Assembly (NCBI GenBank): GCA_029269845.2
Contig: CP149973.1
Span: 360,001 to 392,000, forward strand
Origin: Opitutia bacterium KCR 482
GTDB taxonomy: Bacteria > Verrucomicrobiota > Verrucomicrobiia > Opitutales > Intestinicryptomonadaceae
DNA length: 32,000 nucleotides
Direction of reading: 5' to 3'
The translations under genes were made by a program, and so were the position numbers. Shown here piece after piece: positions 18,027-27,450 of this stretch (position 1 is its first letter; each line of letters begins with the position of its first letter). The notes beneath the pieces were generated by a model that was not told the DNA's origin, searched no databases, and worked only from the letters and a program-made list of their open reading frames with translations.

Positions 18027-18064
18027 CAAACGCGACTCCCCGTTAAACGGGAAAATCGCGTTTG
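18027..18064 (-). promoter_or_regulatory. two-tier stem-loop / inverted repeat in the clpP 5' region
   Basis: The outer 9-bp inverted repeat is CAAACGCGA (18027-18035) / TCGCGTTTG (18056-18064). It encloses an inner 4-bp stem CCCG/CGGG (18039-18051). It ends 30 nt upstream of the clpP ATG. The structure is seen directly; its function is unknown. Confidence 0.45.
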
Positions 18065-18066
18065 GC

Positions 18067-18091
18067 AAAAAAGCGGGCGTTGTCGAACGCC
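18067..18091 (-). terminator. probable (leaky) terminator after tig
   Basis: On the minus strand the stem is GGCGTT-CGAC-AACGCC (18076-18091), followed by CGC and then T6 (complement of A6 at 18067-18072). It lies immediately after the tig stop at 18095-18097. Confidence 0.55.
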
Positions 18092-18094
18092 AAA

Positions 18095-19399
18095 TTACGC
18101 TTTAATCGAAACTTCCGCCTTGTCGGCGATGAAGTTGATGGCCTTTTGCAGAAGCGCGTCGGAGCGCAGGCGGTTTGCGCGCGCCCTGTCCTTCTGAATC
18201 TGCTTGATGAGGTCTTCGGGCTTTGTGTGCGTGCGCATGGATTCCTGCCAGAGCATGCGGCTCATGTCCTCGTTGTCGATTTTAAGGTCGTTTGCCTTTG
18301 CGACGCGGTTGAGGAAAATGCGCATTTTAGCCCTGCCTTCGGCTTCCTTGCCAGCGTTGTCGAAGAGGGATTCCTTGTTCTTTTCGATGTCTTCGCGAGA
18401 GGCGCCCTGCGAGAGCAGGCGCATCATCATTTCTTCGAGAATTGAGTGGCGTTCGTCTTCGACCGCGCTTTCGGGAAGCTTGAAATCGGTCTTTTCCATC
18501 AGCTGTTCGACGGCGAACTGGCGTTTGAGGATTTCGTTGTTCGACTTCTTTTCGTTCTCGATGCTTTCCTTAATCTTTTCGCGGAATTTTTCCTCGGAGT
18601 CCACGTCGAAAGACTTGAAGAATTCGGCGTCGAGCTTGGGCATTTCCTTTTCGCGAATGTCGAAGATTTCGACTTCGTACTGCGCGGTCTTGCCCGCGAT
18701 TTTGTCGTTCTTGACGTCCTTCGGGAACTCGTGCGAGAGCGTTTTCTTTTCGCCCTTCTTCATGCCGACAATGCCCTGGACAACGCCCTGAATTCCGGGG
18801 GCTTCCTTGTTGCCCGCTTCCTCCCAAGTCGATTTCTGATCGGCGTAGAGGGGCATTTCGGGGGCGAGTTCGTTTACCGACACGCCGTCGATTTTGCCCG
18901 CGTAGGAGAGGCGCACAAAGTCGCCCGCCTTGATTTCGCGGTCGACTTCGTTGTATTTCGCGCGCTGGTTGAGGTGGAATTTTACGGCGTTTTCGATTTC
19001 CTCGTCGGTGGCGTCGGTCTTTTCAAGCTCGACTTTCGTCGCGAGCGATTCGGGAAGCTTTACTTCGGGATAGATGTCGGCGGTAAATTCGAGCTGGAAG
19101 CCGCCGTCTTTTTCCTCGTTTTTGAGATCGACGACAGCGTATACGTCGAATTCCTTGATGTCGTTGAGCGCGTCGATTGCCTTGCCCGTGAGGGAGCGTT
19201 CGAGCTGCTCCTTGATGTCTTTGGCGTAGAGTTTTACGACCATGTTGACGGGAGCTTTTCCGGGGCGGAAGCCGGGGATTTTCGCGCTCTTTACAAAGTC
19301 CTTTACGACTTTATCGTTTTCTTCGGCGACCTGTTTTGCGTCGAACGAGAACGTAATCTTTTTGCGTGTATCGTTGATATTTTCTATATTTGTATTCAT
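18095..19399 (-). CDS. tig: trigger factor
   Basis: 434 aa with the N-terminal ribosome-binding motif GFRPGKAPVNMV, a central FKBP-like region, and its position directly upstream of clpP-clpX. Confidence 0.95.
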   Translation of the reverse strand: MNTNIENINDTRKKITFSFDAKQVAEENDKVVKDFVKSAKIPGFRPGKAPVNMVVKLYAKDIKEQLERSLTGKAIDALNDIKEFDVYAVVDLKNEEKDGGFQLEFTADIYPEVKLPESLATKVELEKTDATDEEIENAVKFHLNQRAKYNEVDREIKAGDFVRLSYAGKIDGVSVNELAPEMPLYADQKSTWEEAGNKEAPGIQGVVQGIVGMKKGEKKTLSHEFPKDVKNDKIAGKTAQYEVEIFDIREKEMPKLDAEFFKSFDVDSEEKFREKIKESIENEKKSNNEILKRQFAVEQLMEKTDFKLPESAVEDERHSILEEMMMRLLSQGASREDIEKNKESLFDNAGKEAEGRAKMRIFLNRVAKANDLKIDNEDMSRMLWQESMRTHTKPEDLIKQIQKDRARANRLRSDALLQKAINFIADKAEVSIKA

Positions 19400-19528
19400 A
19401 ATTATAAAATCCGTTTGGCGCAGCTGAAAGCGCGTTTTAAATTAAGGTTTCGATGATGGACTTAAAAAATCGAGCGTCAACAAAAAACACTCGCCCGCCG
19501 CCCGAAAAAGTGCCGAAGCCCGCGCCGC

Positions 19529-21454
19529 CTAATTTTCCACTTCCACAGCCGCGCCGTTTGCGCCCGAAAAATACTTTTTGAACGCAGCCCCCACGATTGG
19601 AGCCGCCGTTCTGCCGCCGCCCACGTCCCCAGGCTCTTCGCCCTCCACAATTACCGCCATCGCGACTTCGGGAGACTCCGCGGGGGCGAATGCAATCAGC
19701 CACGCGAGCGTCAGCGGGCGTCCGTTCACGCTGACCTGCGCCGTGCCCGACTTCGCCGCGACTTTCACCCCCGCGACGCGCGCGCGTTTCGACGTTCCGC
19801 GTTCGGTGGCGGCTACCATGCCCTCCAAGATTTTGTCGTACTGCGATTTTGTCAGCGGAATTTTCTCCGCCCCGTGGTACGCCGCGTCGGTTTTGCGGCG
19901 GGAGTCGTGAAGCATGGAGAGCTTTGTGCGGGTCTCGCCGCGCGCGAACGACGCCGCGAACGACGCCACTTGGAGCGGCGTGAAAAGCATGTAGCCCTGC
20001 CCTATCGAGGCGTTGGCGGTGTCGCCGTTCGTCCACGGGCCGTCGTATTTGCGGCGTTTGCGCTTGAATTCCGGGGTCGCGACAATCGTCCTGCGCCAAG
20101 ACTCCTCTTTCAGCTCTATTCCCGTGGACTCGCCGAAGCCGAAGAGTTTTGCGGTGTCGGCTATCGACTCTATTCCCGCGTCGATTCCCGTTTCGTAAAA
20201 ATAGACGTTGCAGCTGTGCGCGAGCGCGCCGACCAAATCGAGGTTTCCGTGCCCCCACCTGCTGTTGCACGGAAAAATGCGCGAGCCTACGCGGTAGCCG
20301 CCCGTGCAGGTTTTCACGGAGTTTTCGTCAATCGCGCCGCTGCGAAGCCCCGCCGTGGCGGTTACAACCTTGAATGTAGACCCGGGGGGGTACAGCCCCG
20401 ACGTCGCGCGGTTGAGCCACGCGCCGCGCTCGGTGATTTCGCGGTCAACCTTGTGGGTGATATATGGCGTGAGCATGTTCGGGTCGTAGCTCGGCCGCGA
20501 AACGAGCGCGAGCACTTCGCCCGAATTTACGTCGAGCATAACCGCCGCGCCCTTCCGCTCGCCGAAAGCCTCTTCTATAACCTGCTGGATTTCGATGTCG
20601 AGGGAGGTGAACACGTCGCCGCCCTTTGTGGGGGAAATGTCGAGCACGTTTTCGTACTTGTAGCCCGCGAGGTCGACAACCCAGATTTTCGCGCCGCTCG
20701 TGCCTGCAAGCTTGGAGTCGAACGCCGCCTCTATGCCCGAACGCCCGATGGTCGGGACAATCGCATAGGTGCGCAGATCGCTGCCGGGGATTTTCGAAAT
20801 GTCGTCGTCGAAGTTGTTTGCCACATAGCCCAGCGCGTGCGAGGCGACGTCGCCGTAGGGGTAGTAGCGCGAAGTCCCCGTGTAAATCTGAATGGGCGAA
20901 TCCACGGGAATGCGCTCCGCAAGAATCGCGTGCTCGCGCTCGGTGAGGTTGCGGACAAGCGGCAGGGGCAGAAGCTGCTTTTGGAGAAAGTGCTTATTGT
21001 AGTCGGCAATTCCAAGCGAATAGTTTGTGCCCAAGATTCCGTTAATCTGCGCAAGGTAGCCGTTTAGGACGTTAGAGCGGGCGCGTTCGGTAATTTCCGC
21101 GTAGTTCGGGCGGGCGTTCGAACCGACGGAGGCGAGTTTTGCAAGCTCGATTTTTTTCAGCTTGAAGTACTCCTCCCTGAACTCCTTGCGAATGTCGTTG
21201 AAATAGACGACGGCGGAAAATATCGGCTTGTTTGTCACAATCAGCCTGCCGTTTCTGTCGTAGATGTCGCCGCGCGTCCCGGGCTCGATAACGCGCCGCA
21301 TGCTCTGCCGCCCGCCGCGCTCGACGTAGAAGTCGTACAAATAAATCTGCCTGTATCCGAGGGCGAAAATCAGCACGACGAACGCGAACGCAAACGCCCA
21401 GTAAAAGAACGGTATGCGCGGGTTCTTCTTCGAATATGTGCGTTCCGCCGCCAT
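19529..21454 (-). CDS. mrdA: penicillin-binding protein 2 (elongasome transpeptidase)
   Basis: The recognisable protein begins at MAAERTYSKKNPRIPFFYWAFAFAFVVLIF (ATG 21454), 641 aa. Transpeptidase motifs are STFK (PPGSTFKVV), SCN (AHSCNVYF) and KSGT (AAKSGTAQ). The track ORF extension to 22087 runs through mreD in another frame. The ATG shares 1 nt with the mreD stop (TGATG). Confidence 0.9.
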   Translation of the reverse strand: MAAERTYSKKNPRIPFFYWAFAFAFVVLIFALGYRQIYLYDFYVERGGRQSMRRVIEPGTRGDIYDRNGRLIVTNKPIFSAVVYFNDIRKEFREEYFKLKKIELAKLASVGSNARPNYAEITERARSNVLNGYLAQINGILGTNYSLGIADYNKHFLQKQLLPLPLVRNLTEREHAILAERIPVDSPIQIYTGTSRYYPYGDVASHALGYVANNFDDDISKIPGSDLRTYAIVPTIGRSGIEAAFDSKLAGTSGAKIWVVDLAGYKYENVLDISPTKGGDVFTSLDIEIQQVIEEAFGERKGAAVMLDVNSGEVLALVSRPSYDPNMLTPYITHKVDREITERGAWLNRATSGLYPPGSTFKVVTATAGLRSGAIDENSVKTCTGGYRVGSRIFPCNSRWGHGNLDLVGALAHSCNVYFYETGIDAGIESIADTAKLFGFGESTGIELKEESWRRTIVATPEFKRKRRKYDGPWTNGDTANASIGQGYMLFTPLQVASFAASFARGETRTKLSMLHDSRRKTDAAYHGAEKIPLTKSQYDKILEGMVAATERGTSKRARVAGVKVAAKSGTAQVSVNGRPLTLAWLIAFAPAESPEVAMAVIVEGEEPGDVGGGRTAAPIVGAAFKKYFSGANGAAVEVEN

Positions 21455-21969
21455 CAATCCTCCCCGTCTATCGACATTTCGATTCCCAAAAAGTTCGCAA
21501 GCGACACGGGCAAAACCGCGCAGAATTTGCCCGCAAACAGCAGAACCGCCGCCGAAAGCAGCGCGTCCGCCGACACCCTCGACGCGTATTCGAAAAATCC
21601 CCCGACGTCGCGCGGGAAAAGCAGCGCGTAGAAAAACACCAGAATTATGTTTGTTATTTCGGCGAGCGCGGTAATCGAAAACCAGTCGCCCGAACGGAAG
21701 CGGAAGCGCATTCCGTGGACGGCGAACGCCGCCGAAAGCCACAGCGCGGCGGTCAGCCCCGCGCGGACGCCGGTCGTCGACGAGCACAGAAACGCCGAAA
21801 CCCCAACGACCGCTAGCATCGGGAGAAAGTCGAGGTAGAGCGCGGCGGGAATTATGAACAGCGCGGGCAGAACGAGGTACGCCGACGGCGCAAGCTCCGA
21901 ATTGAATGTGGACAGCACGAACAGGTATGCCGCATTCGTCAACAGGATTGTCAGCGCGCGCATGAGCAT
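21454..21969 (-). CDS. mreD: rod shape-determining protein MreD
   Basis: 171 aa, about five TM helices, located between mreC and mrdA. It starts 2 nt after the mreC stop. The call rests mainly on size, topology and synteny. Confidence 0.75.
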   Translation of the reverse strand: MLMRALTILLTNAAYLFVLSTFNSELAPSAYLVLPALFIIPAALYLDFLPMLAVVGVSAFLCSSTTGVRAGLTAALWLSAAFAVHGMRFRFRSGDWFSITALAEITNIILVFFYALLFPRDVGGFFEYASRVSADALLSAAVLLFAGKFCAVLPVSLANFLGIEMSIDGED

Positions 21970-21971
21970 GG

Positions 21972-22811
21972 TCAGTCGAGCCTCGCGTCCGAAACGGGTA
22001 TGAGCACCGCGACTTCCCGCAATGAGGCAAGTCCACGCGGAAGGCGCACTTTGCCCGATTTGAATATGCCGTCGGGTTCGGTTTCAAGCGAGACTATCTC
22101 TCCTATGAGCACGCCCTCCGGAAACGAACCCGCAAGCGACGACGTCACGAGTTTCAGCGGCGACGACGCGCTTGCCGACAAGTCCGCGGGCGCGTCGAAA
22201 ACCTCTCCCTGCGCACTCTGCATCGAGACCGCGCCCGCGCCCTGATAGATTATGGGTCTGTCCTCGCCCGCAACGTGCGCCGCCATGCGGAATTTTCTGC
22301 TGCCGACAAGCTCCACGACGGACGTGTACGCGTCCGCCTTGACAACTCTGCCGACAACCCCGCCGCCGTAGACCACCGCGTAGCCCTCGCGGATTCCGTG
22401 GCGTTTCCCCTTGCGGATTGTGATGTGCTGCCACCATGCCGAAATGTCGCGGCGGCAGACGCGGGCGACCTCAGCCTTGAATTTCTCCTGCGAGGGCAGA
22501 TTCAAAATGTTTTCGAGCCGCGAGACGCGGTTGCGCAGGGACTCGTTTTCGAGGAGTTTAAGCTCGTAGGCGGAGTTCAAACGCGCCAAGTCGCGCCCCG
22601 CTTCGATAAGCTCGCGCTTAGAGCGCGACGACAAGCTCCAAAACTTCTCCAAATCGCTCAGTTGCGACGGAATTGCGTCTATCGGAGCGCGGAACTCCTC
22701 GAACGCGCGTTCGGCGGAATTTCTGACGGCGGTCGGCGCAAACAGGCACGCAAGCACCGCGCAGGCAAAAATCGCGAGATTGCGCACCTCTGTAAACTTA
22801 CGCAAACGCAT
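21972..22811 (-). CDS. mreC: rod shape-determining protein MreC
   Basis: 279 aa with an N-terminal TM anchor, a coiled-coil (LKLLENESLRNRVSRLENILN) and beta-rich C-terminal domains. GGGGAAA lies upstream of the ATG. It follows mreB. Confidence 0.85.
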   Translation of the reverse strand: MRLRKFTEVRNLAIFACAVLACLFAPTAVRNSAERAFEEFRAPIDAIPSQLSDLEKFWSLSSRSKRELIEAGRDLARLNSAYELKLLENESLRNRVSRLENILNLPSQEKFKAEVARVCRRDISAWWQHITIRKGKRHGIREGYAVVYGGGVVGRVVKADAYTSVVELVGSRKFRMAAHVAGEDRPIIYQGAGAVSMQSAQGEVFDAPADLSASASSPLKLVTSSLAGSFPEGVLIGEIVSLETEPDGIFKSGKVRLPRGLASLREVAVLIPVSDARLD

Positions 22812-22832
22812 TTTCCCCGCCGCCTTTTTTTG

Positions 22833-23849
22833 CTATGAATTTTCCTTCGTCCAGAAATCGTAGTTTTCGAGCACAGCCCCCGTGCCGTTTACGACCGCCC
22901 GAAGAGGGTTGTCGGCGACAAAGCACGGCATGAGCGTGCTCGCCGAAATGCGGAGGTTGAGATTGCGGATTAACGCGCCGCCGCCCGAAAGCACTATGCC
23001 GCGCGTTGTAAGGTCTGCGCTAAGCTCCGGCTCTATTCTTTGAAGGACTTCGTGGATAACGTTGGTAATGGCGTTAAAGGGATCGGAAAGCGCCTCGCGG
23101 ATTTCCTGCGAAGACACGTAGAGCGTCTTCGGAAGCCCCGACTGCGCGTCGCGCCCCTTGACCTCCCAGGTAAGCTCCTTGTCGAGCGGGAACGCCGAGC
23201 CTATGTTTATCTTGATTTCCTCCGCAGTGCGTTCGCCTATGATGAGGTTGTAGGCGCGTTTCATGTACTGGATAATGCAGTTGTCGAACTCGTCGCCGCC
23301 GATTCTTACGCTGCGCGAGCACACGACATTCGAAAGCGAAATCACCGCGACTTCCGTCGTGCCGCCGCCGATGTCCACAATCATGCTGGCGTTCGGCTCT
23401 TCGATGGGAAGCCCCACGCCGATTGCCGCCATCAAAGGCTCTTCTTGGAGGAGCACCGAACGCGCCCCCGCGCGGATTGCAGCCTCCTGCACGGCGCGTC
23501 TTTCGACGCCCGTAATGCCCGACGGCACCGCGATTACCACTTTCGGCTGAATGAAACTGAACTGCTTAGACGCCTTCTCGATGAAGTAGCGGAGCATGAT
23601 TTCGGTAATTTCGTAGTCGGCGATTACGCCCACTTTCATGGGGCGGATTGCGGTGATGTTGCCGGGGGTTTTGCCGAGCATTTTCTTCGCCTTTTCGCCG
23701 ACGGCAACCACCTTTTTGGAATTGCTGTAAATGGCGACGACGCTCGGCTCGCTCATCACGACGCCCGAATCTTTAAGATAGACGAGCGTATTAGCCGTGC
23801 CGAGGTCGATACCTATGCCGTTCGAGAGAAAACCTTTGATGCCTGACAT
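22833..23849 (-). CDS. mreB: rod shape-determining actin homologue MreB
   Basis: 338 aa. Actin-fold phosphate and adenosine motifs are present: GIDLGTANTLVY, MIVDIGGGTTEVAVIS and GIVLSGGGALIRNL. Confidence 0.97.
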   Translation of the reverse strand: MSGIKGFLSNGIGIDLGTANTLVYLKDSGVVMSEPSVVAIYSNSKKVVAVGEKAKKMLGKTPGNITAIRPMKVGVIADYEITEIMLRYFIEKASKQFSFIQPKVVIAVPSGITGVERRAVQEAAIRAGARSVLLQEEPLMAAIGVGLPIEEPNASMIVDIGGGTTEVAVISLSNVVCSRSVRIGGDEFDNCIIQYMKRAYNLIIGERTAEEIKINIGSAFPLDKELTWEVKGRDAQSGLPKTLYVSSQEIREALSDPFNAITNVIHEVLQRIEPELSADLTTRGIVLSGGGALIRNLNLRISASTLMPCFVADNPLRAVVNGTGAVLENYDFWTKENS

Positions 23850-23885
23850 AAAAATTTCCGATTTTTTTGCGATTTAATATAACGG

Positions 23886-23913
23886 TTGCGGCAATTTTTA
23901 TATTGCCTATAAA
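23886..23913 (+). promoter_or_regulatory. candidate sigma70-type promoter for the dsbD-like operon
   Basis: TTGCGG (23886-23891), a 16-nt spacer, then TATAAA (23908-23913). It lies within the AT-rich mreB/dsbD divergent region, ~50 nt upstream of the ATG at 23965. Motif match only. Confidence 0.25.
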
Positions 23914-23964
23914 ACCTATGTCGCTTAAAAATCGTTATTCTTCTCCGAATTGTCAACATTATAT

Positions 23965-25770
23965 ATGAAAAGCCCGTTAATAATTGCGCTGTTTGCGGCG
24001 TGCGCGGCGGCGGCGCAGGTCGATTTCAGGGTCGAAACCGTGAAAGCGGAGGCTTCGGCGGAATCGCCCGCGCGTGTCGATTTGGTGCTCGACATCGCCC
24101 CGAAGTGGCACATCTACGGCAAAACCGCGTCGGTAGGCGAGCCTACCAAGTTCGAATTTTCGCTTCCCGACGGCATAAAATCGGTCTCGCTCGAATGGCA
24201 AAAGGAAAAGACTTTCGAAAGCTTCGGCGAAAAATACGGCGGCTACGACGGCAAAGCGACGGTATCCGCGCTAATCTACCCGAAAGCGGGGGCAAAGGCG
24301 GGAACAGAAAAAATCAAGGTTTCCGCAAAGTGGCTCGCCTGCTCCGACACATGCGTGCCGCAGGAAAAATCTGCGGAGTTCGAAGTTGAAATCGCGGGCG
24401 GCGCAAAGGCGGCGGACGGCGGACTTCAAAATGCGTCAGAAAGCCCCCGTCTTGCGGCGAACGCGCAAATTTCAAAAAACTCCCCCGCCGCGACACCGCC
24501 CGAAGATGTCGGCAAAAACGCGGGCGCGGGCGCAAACGGAGAGCCGCGCGGGGCGCATTCCGGATTTTTTGCGGTTCTTTGCGCCGCGTTCGCGGGCGGG
24601 CTTATACTCAACCTCATGCCCTGCGTGTTCCCCGTAATCGGGCTGAAAATAATGTCGTTCGCAAGGGGAGCGGGGGCGTCGGGGAAGTCGGCGGTGCTTG
24701 GAGCTGCGGCGTACGCGGGCGGAATTGTCGCGAGCTTCTGCGCCCTTGCTGGCGTGCTGATTGCCCTCCGCGCGGCGGGCGAAAACCTCGGCTGGGGATT
24801 CCAGCTTCAAAACCCCGTTTTTGCGGCGGCGATGGCGTTGCTGTTTTTTGCGATGGCGTTGAGCTTCGCGGGGGCGTTCGAAATCGGCGCGGGCTTCGCG
24901 GGCGGCTCGGCGGGAACGGACGGGCGGCACAAATACCTTTCGTCGGCGTTGTCGGGAGTTCTTGCGGTGCTTGTGGCAAGCCCTTGCACCGCGCCGTTCA
25001 TGGGGAGCGCGCTCGGAGCGGCTCTGGCGGGAGGGGCTTCGACGGCCGAGTCGATGTCTGTTTTCGCAATGCTCGGTCTTGGAATGGCGTCGCCGTACGT
25101 CGTTTTGGCGGCATTCCCCGCGCTTGCAAAGCGCATGCCGAGGGCGGGCGCGTGGACGGAAACCCTCAAAAACATTCTATCGATTCCGCTTTTTGCGACG
25201 GTCGTGTGGCTCGTGTGGCTCTACGGAAAGCAGACGGGCGAGACCGTCCACCTGCTCTCGGCGCTGCTCGTGCTCGGCGTAGGGCTTAGGATTTACGGAA
25301 TGTTCTCGCTTCCGCATTTTTCGCGGCGGACTCGGATTTTCGCGAAATGCGCGGCGGCGGCGGCGATTGCGGCGGCAATGTACATCGGCGCGGTCGGGGC
25401 GGAATTCGCCGAAGAAAATAGAAGCGGCAAAAGCGCGGAAGACGCGTGGAGCGCGGCAAAAGTCGATGCCCTGCGGCGCGACGGCAGGCGCGTTTATGTG
25501 GACTTCACGGCGGCGTGGTGTTTGACATGCCAGTACAACAAAAAGGTTTTGCACTCGGAAAAGATAAAAAAACTCTTCGCCGAACGCAAAATCGCGGTGC
25601 TCGTCGGAGACTGGACAAACCGCGACGAATCGATAACGGAGGAGCTGAAAAAATACGGACGCGCGGGCGTGCCGCTCAACCTGCTATTTCCTCCGAAAGG
25701 GCGGCCGATAGAGCTTCCCGCGGTTCTCACGGAGTCCGCGCTTATCGAAGCGGTTGACAAAACGGAATAA
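23965..25770 (+). CDS. dsbD: thiol:disulfide interchange protein, DsbD/ScsB family
   Basis: I prefer ATG 23965 (MKSPLIIALFAACAAAAQ signal); the track start 23950 is TTG. The N-terminal periplasmic domain has WLACSDTCVP. The membrane core has Cys-bearing helices (LNLMPCVFPVIGLK and VASPCTAPFMG). The C-terminal thioredoxin domain carries WCLTC. Confidence 0.85.
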   Translation: MKSPLIIALFAACAAAAQVDFRVETVKAEASAESPARVDLVLDIAPKWHIYGKTASVGEPTKFEFSLPDGIKSVSLEWQKEKTFESFGEKYGGYDGKATVSALIYPKAGAKAGTEKIKVSAKWLACSDTCVPQEKSAEFEVEIAGGAKAADGGLQNASESPRLAANAQISKNSPAATPPEDVGKNAGAGANGEPRGAHSGFFAVLCAAFAGGLILNLMPCVFPVIGLKIMSFARGAGASGKSAVLGAAAYAGGIVASFCALAGVLIALRAAGENLGWGFQLQNPVFAAAMALLFFAMALSFAGAFEIGAGFAGGSAGTDGRHKYLSSALSGVLAVLVASPCTAPFMGSALGAALAGGASTAESMSVFAMLGLGMASPYVVLAAFPALAKRMPRAGAWTETLKNILSIPLFATVVWLVWLYGKQTGETVHLLSALLVLGVGLRIYGMFSLPHFSRRTRIFAKCAAAAAIAAAMYIGAVGAEFAEENRSGKSAEDAWSAAKVDALRRDGRRVYVDFTAAWCLTCQYNKKVLHSEKIKKLFAERKIAVLVGDWTNRDESITEELKKYGRAGVPLNLLFPPKGRPIELPAVLTESALIEAVDKTE

Positions 25771-25792
25771 TTGTCCACAATTCCCGCTCTAT

Positions 25793-27046
25793 ATGAAAAT
25801 GGAGCAGCCAAAATTTCCCGACGGCAAAACTGCGAAGAAAATAGCCGCAAAATTCGAAACCCCGTGCTACGTCTACGACGAAGCGTCGCTCGTAAAACAG
25901 GCGAAGGCCGCCCTCGCCTTCCCCAACGCGTTCGGGCTTACCGTAAGGTACGCGATGAAGGCTGCATCGAACGCGGCGATTCTCAAACTCTTCGACAAGC
26001 TCGGGCTGCATATCGACGCGTCCAGCGCATTCGAAGTCGAACGCGCAATCCGCGCGGGAATAGACCCCACCCACATTTCGCTGTCGTCGCAGCAGCTGCC
26101 GAAAAACCTGAAAGAGATTGTGAAATCGGGCGTGCTCTACAACGCGTGCTCGCTCCACCAGCTTGAAGCTTTCGGGAAAATCGCCCGCGGCGGAGAGGTC
26201 GGCGTGAGAATCAATCCGGGGCTGGGTTCGGGCGGAACGCAGCGCACAAACGTGGGCGGCCCCGCGTCGTCGTTCGGAATATGGCACGAGTACATTCCGC
26301 AAATCAAGGCGGTCGCCGAAAAGTACAGGCTTAAAATCGTGAGAATCCACACGCACATAGGCTCCGGTTCAGACCCGCTCGTGTGGCAGAAAGTGGCGAA
26401 AATGAGCATCGCCACGGTCGAGCAGTTTGAAGACGTCCACACGCTCGACATGGGCGGCGGCTTCAAAGTGGCGCGCGTCGCGGGCGAAAAATCGACAGAC
26501 CTCCAAAAGATAGGCAAGCCCGTGGCAAAGGAAATACGCGACTTCGCAAAGCGCACGGGCAGGAAAATCCGCTTCGAAATCGAACCGGGGACATTCCTGC
26601 TGGCGAACTGCGCGGCGGTAATCGCGACGGTTCAGGACATGTGCGACACGGGCAAAGACGGATACAAATTCCTCAAACTCGATTCGGGCATGACCGACGT
26701 CCTCCGCCCCTCGATTTACGGGGCGCAGCACCCCATTTCGATTGTCCAAAACAGGCCGTCGAAAAAGACCGAAAAATACATAGTCGTGGGGCACTGCTGC
26801 GAAAGCGGCGACATTCTCACCCCCGCGCCCGCCGACCCCGAAGCCCTCGCGCCGCGCCTTATGCAAAAGGCGGAAATAGGCGACATTTGCATAATCGGCG
26901 GAGCGGGCGCGTATTGCAGCTCGATGAGCCCCTCGAACTACAATTCCTACCCCGCCTCCCCCGAAGTCATGCTGCTTAAAAACGGCAAACTGCGGCTTAT
27001 CCGCCGCCGCCAGACGCCCGAACAGATAACCGAAAACGAGCTATGA
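25793..27046 (+). CDS. lysA: diaminopimelate decarboxylase
   Basis: 417 aa from ATG 25793; the track TTG at 25754 would overlap dsbD. It belongs to Orn/DAP/Arg decarboxylase family 2: PLP-Lys context VRYAMKAASN, HTHIGSG, and GHCCESGDIL typical of LysA. Confidence 0.9.
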   Translation: MKMEQPKFPDGKTAKKIAAKFETPCYVYDEASLVKQAKAALAFPNAFGLTVRYAMKAASNAAILKLFDKLGLHIDASSAFEVERAIRAGIDPTHISLSSQQLPKNLKEIVKSGVLYNACSLHQLEAFGKIARGGEVGVRINPGLGSGGTQRTNVGGPASSFGIWHEYIPQIKAVAEKYRLKIVRIHTHIGSGSDPLVWQKVAKMSIATVEQFEDVHTLDMGGGFKVARVAGEKSTDLQKIGKPVAKEIRDFAKRTGRKIRFEIEPGTFLLANCAAVIATVQDMCDTGKDGYKFLKLDSGMTDVLRPSIYGAQHPISIVQNRPSKKTEKYIVVGHCCESGDILTPAPADPEALAPRLMQKAEIGDICIIGGAGAYCSSMSPSNYNSYPASPEVMLLKNGKLRLIRRRQTPEQITENEL

Positions 27047-27450
27047 TTACCGCCGTCGCACAGGTGCGCGTAAGGTTCGCCGAAACCGACGCAATGGGGG
27101 TTGTCTACCACGCAAACTACCTGCCGTGGTGCGAAGTCGCAAGGCTTGCGCTCATCGGGTCGATAGGGCTTAGCTACAAAAAAATGAACGACGAAGGCTA
27201 CCACCTGCCCGTCGTCGAAGCCCATTTAAACTATAAACACCCCGCAAAATTCGACGATTTAATCGACATCCGCGCGACTATCCGCGAACGCCCGACAGTC
27301 AAGGTGAAGATTGAATACGAAATTTTCGCGGCGGGCAAACTGCTCGCCACTGGACACACAATGCACGTTTTCGTCAACCGCGAGGGACTGCCCGTGCGCC
27401 CGCCGAAATACGCGCTCGACACTCTCGTGGAGGCTTTCGAAAAACAATGA
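27043..27450 (+). CDS. acyl-CoA thioesterase, 4HBT / YbgC-FadM family
   Basis: 135 aa hot-dog fold with the motif RVRFAETDAMGVVYHANYLPW (catalytic Asp context). Its ATG overlaps the lysA stop (ATGA at 27043-27046). Confidence 0.85.
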   Translation: MITAVAQVRVRFAETDAMGVVYHANYLPWCEVARLALIGSIGLSYKKMNDEGYHLPVVEAHLNYKHPAKFDDLIDIRATIRERPTVKVKIEYEIFAAGKLLATGHTMHVFVNREGLPVRPPKYALDTLVEAFEKQ

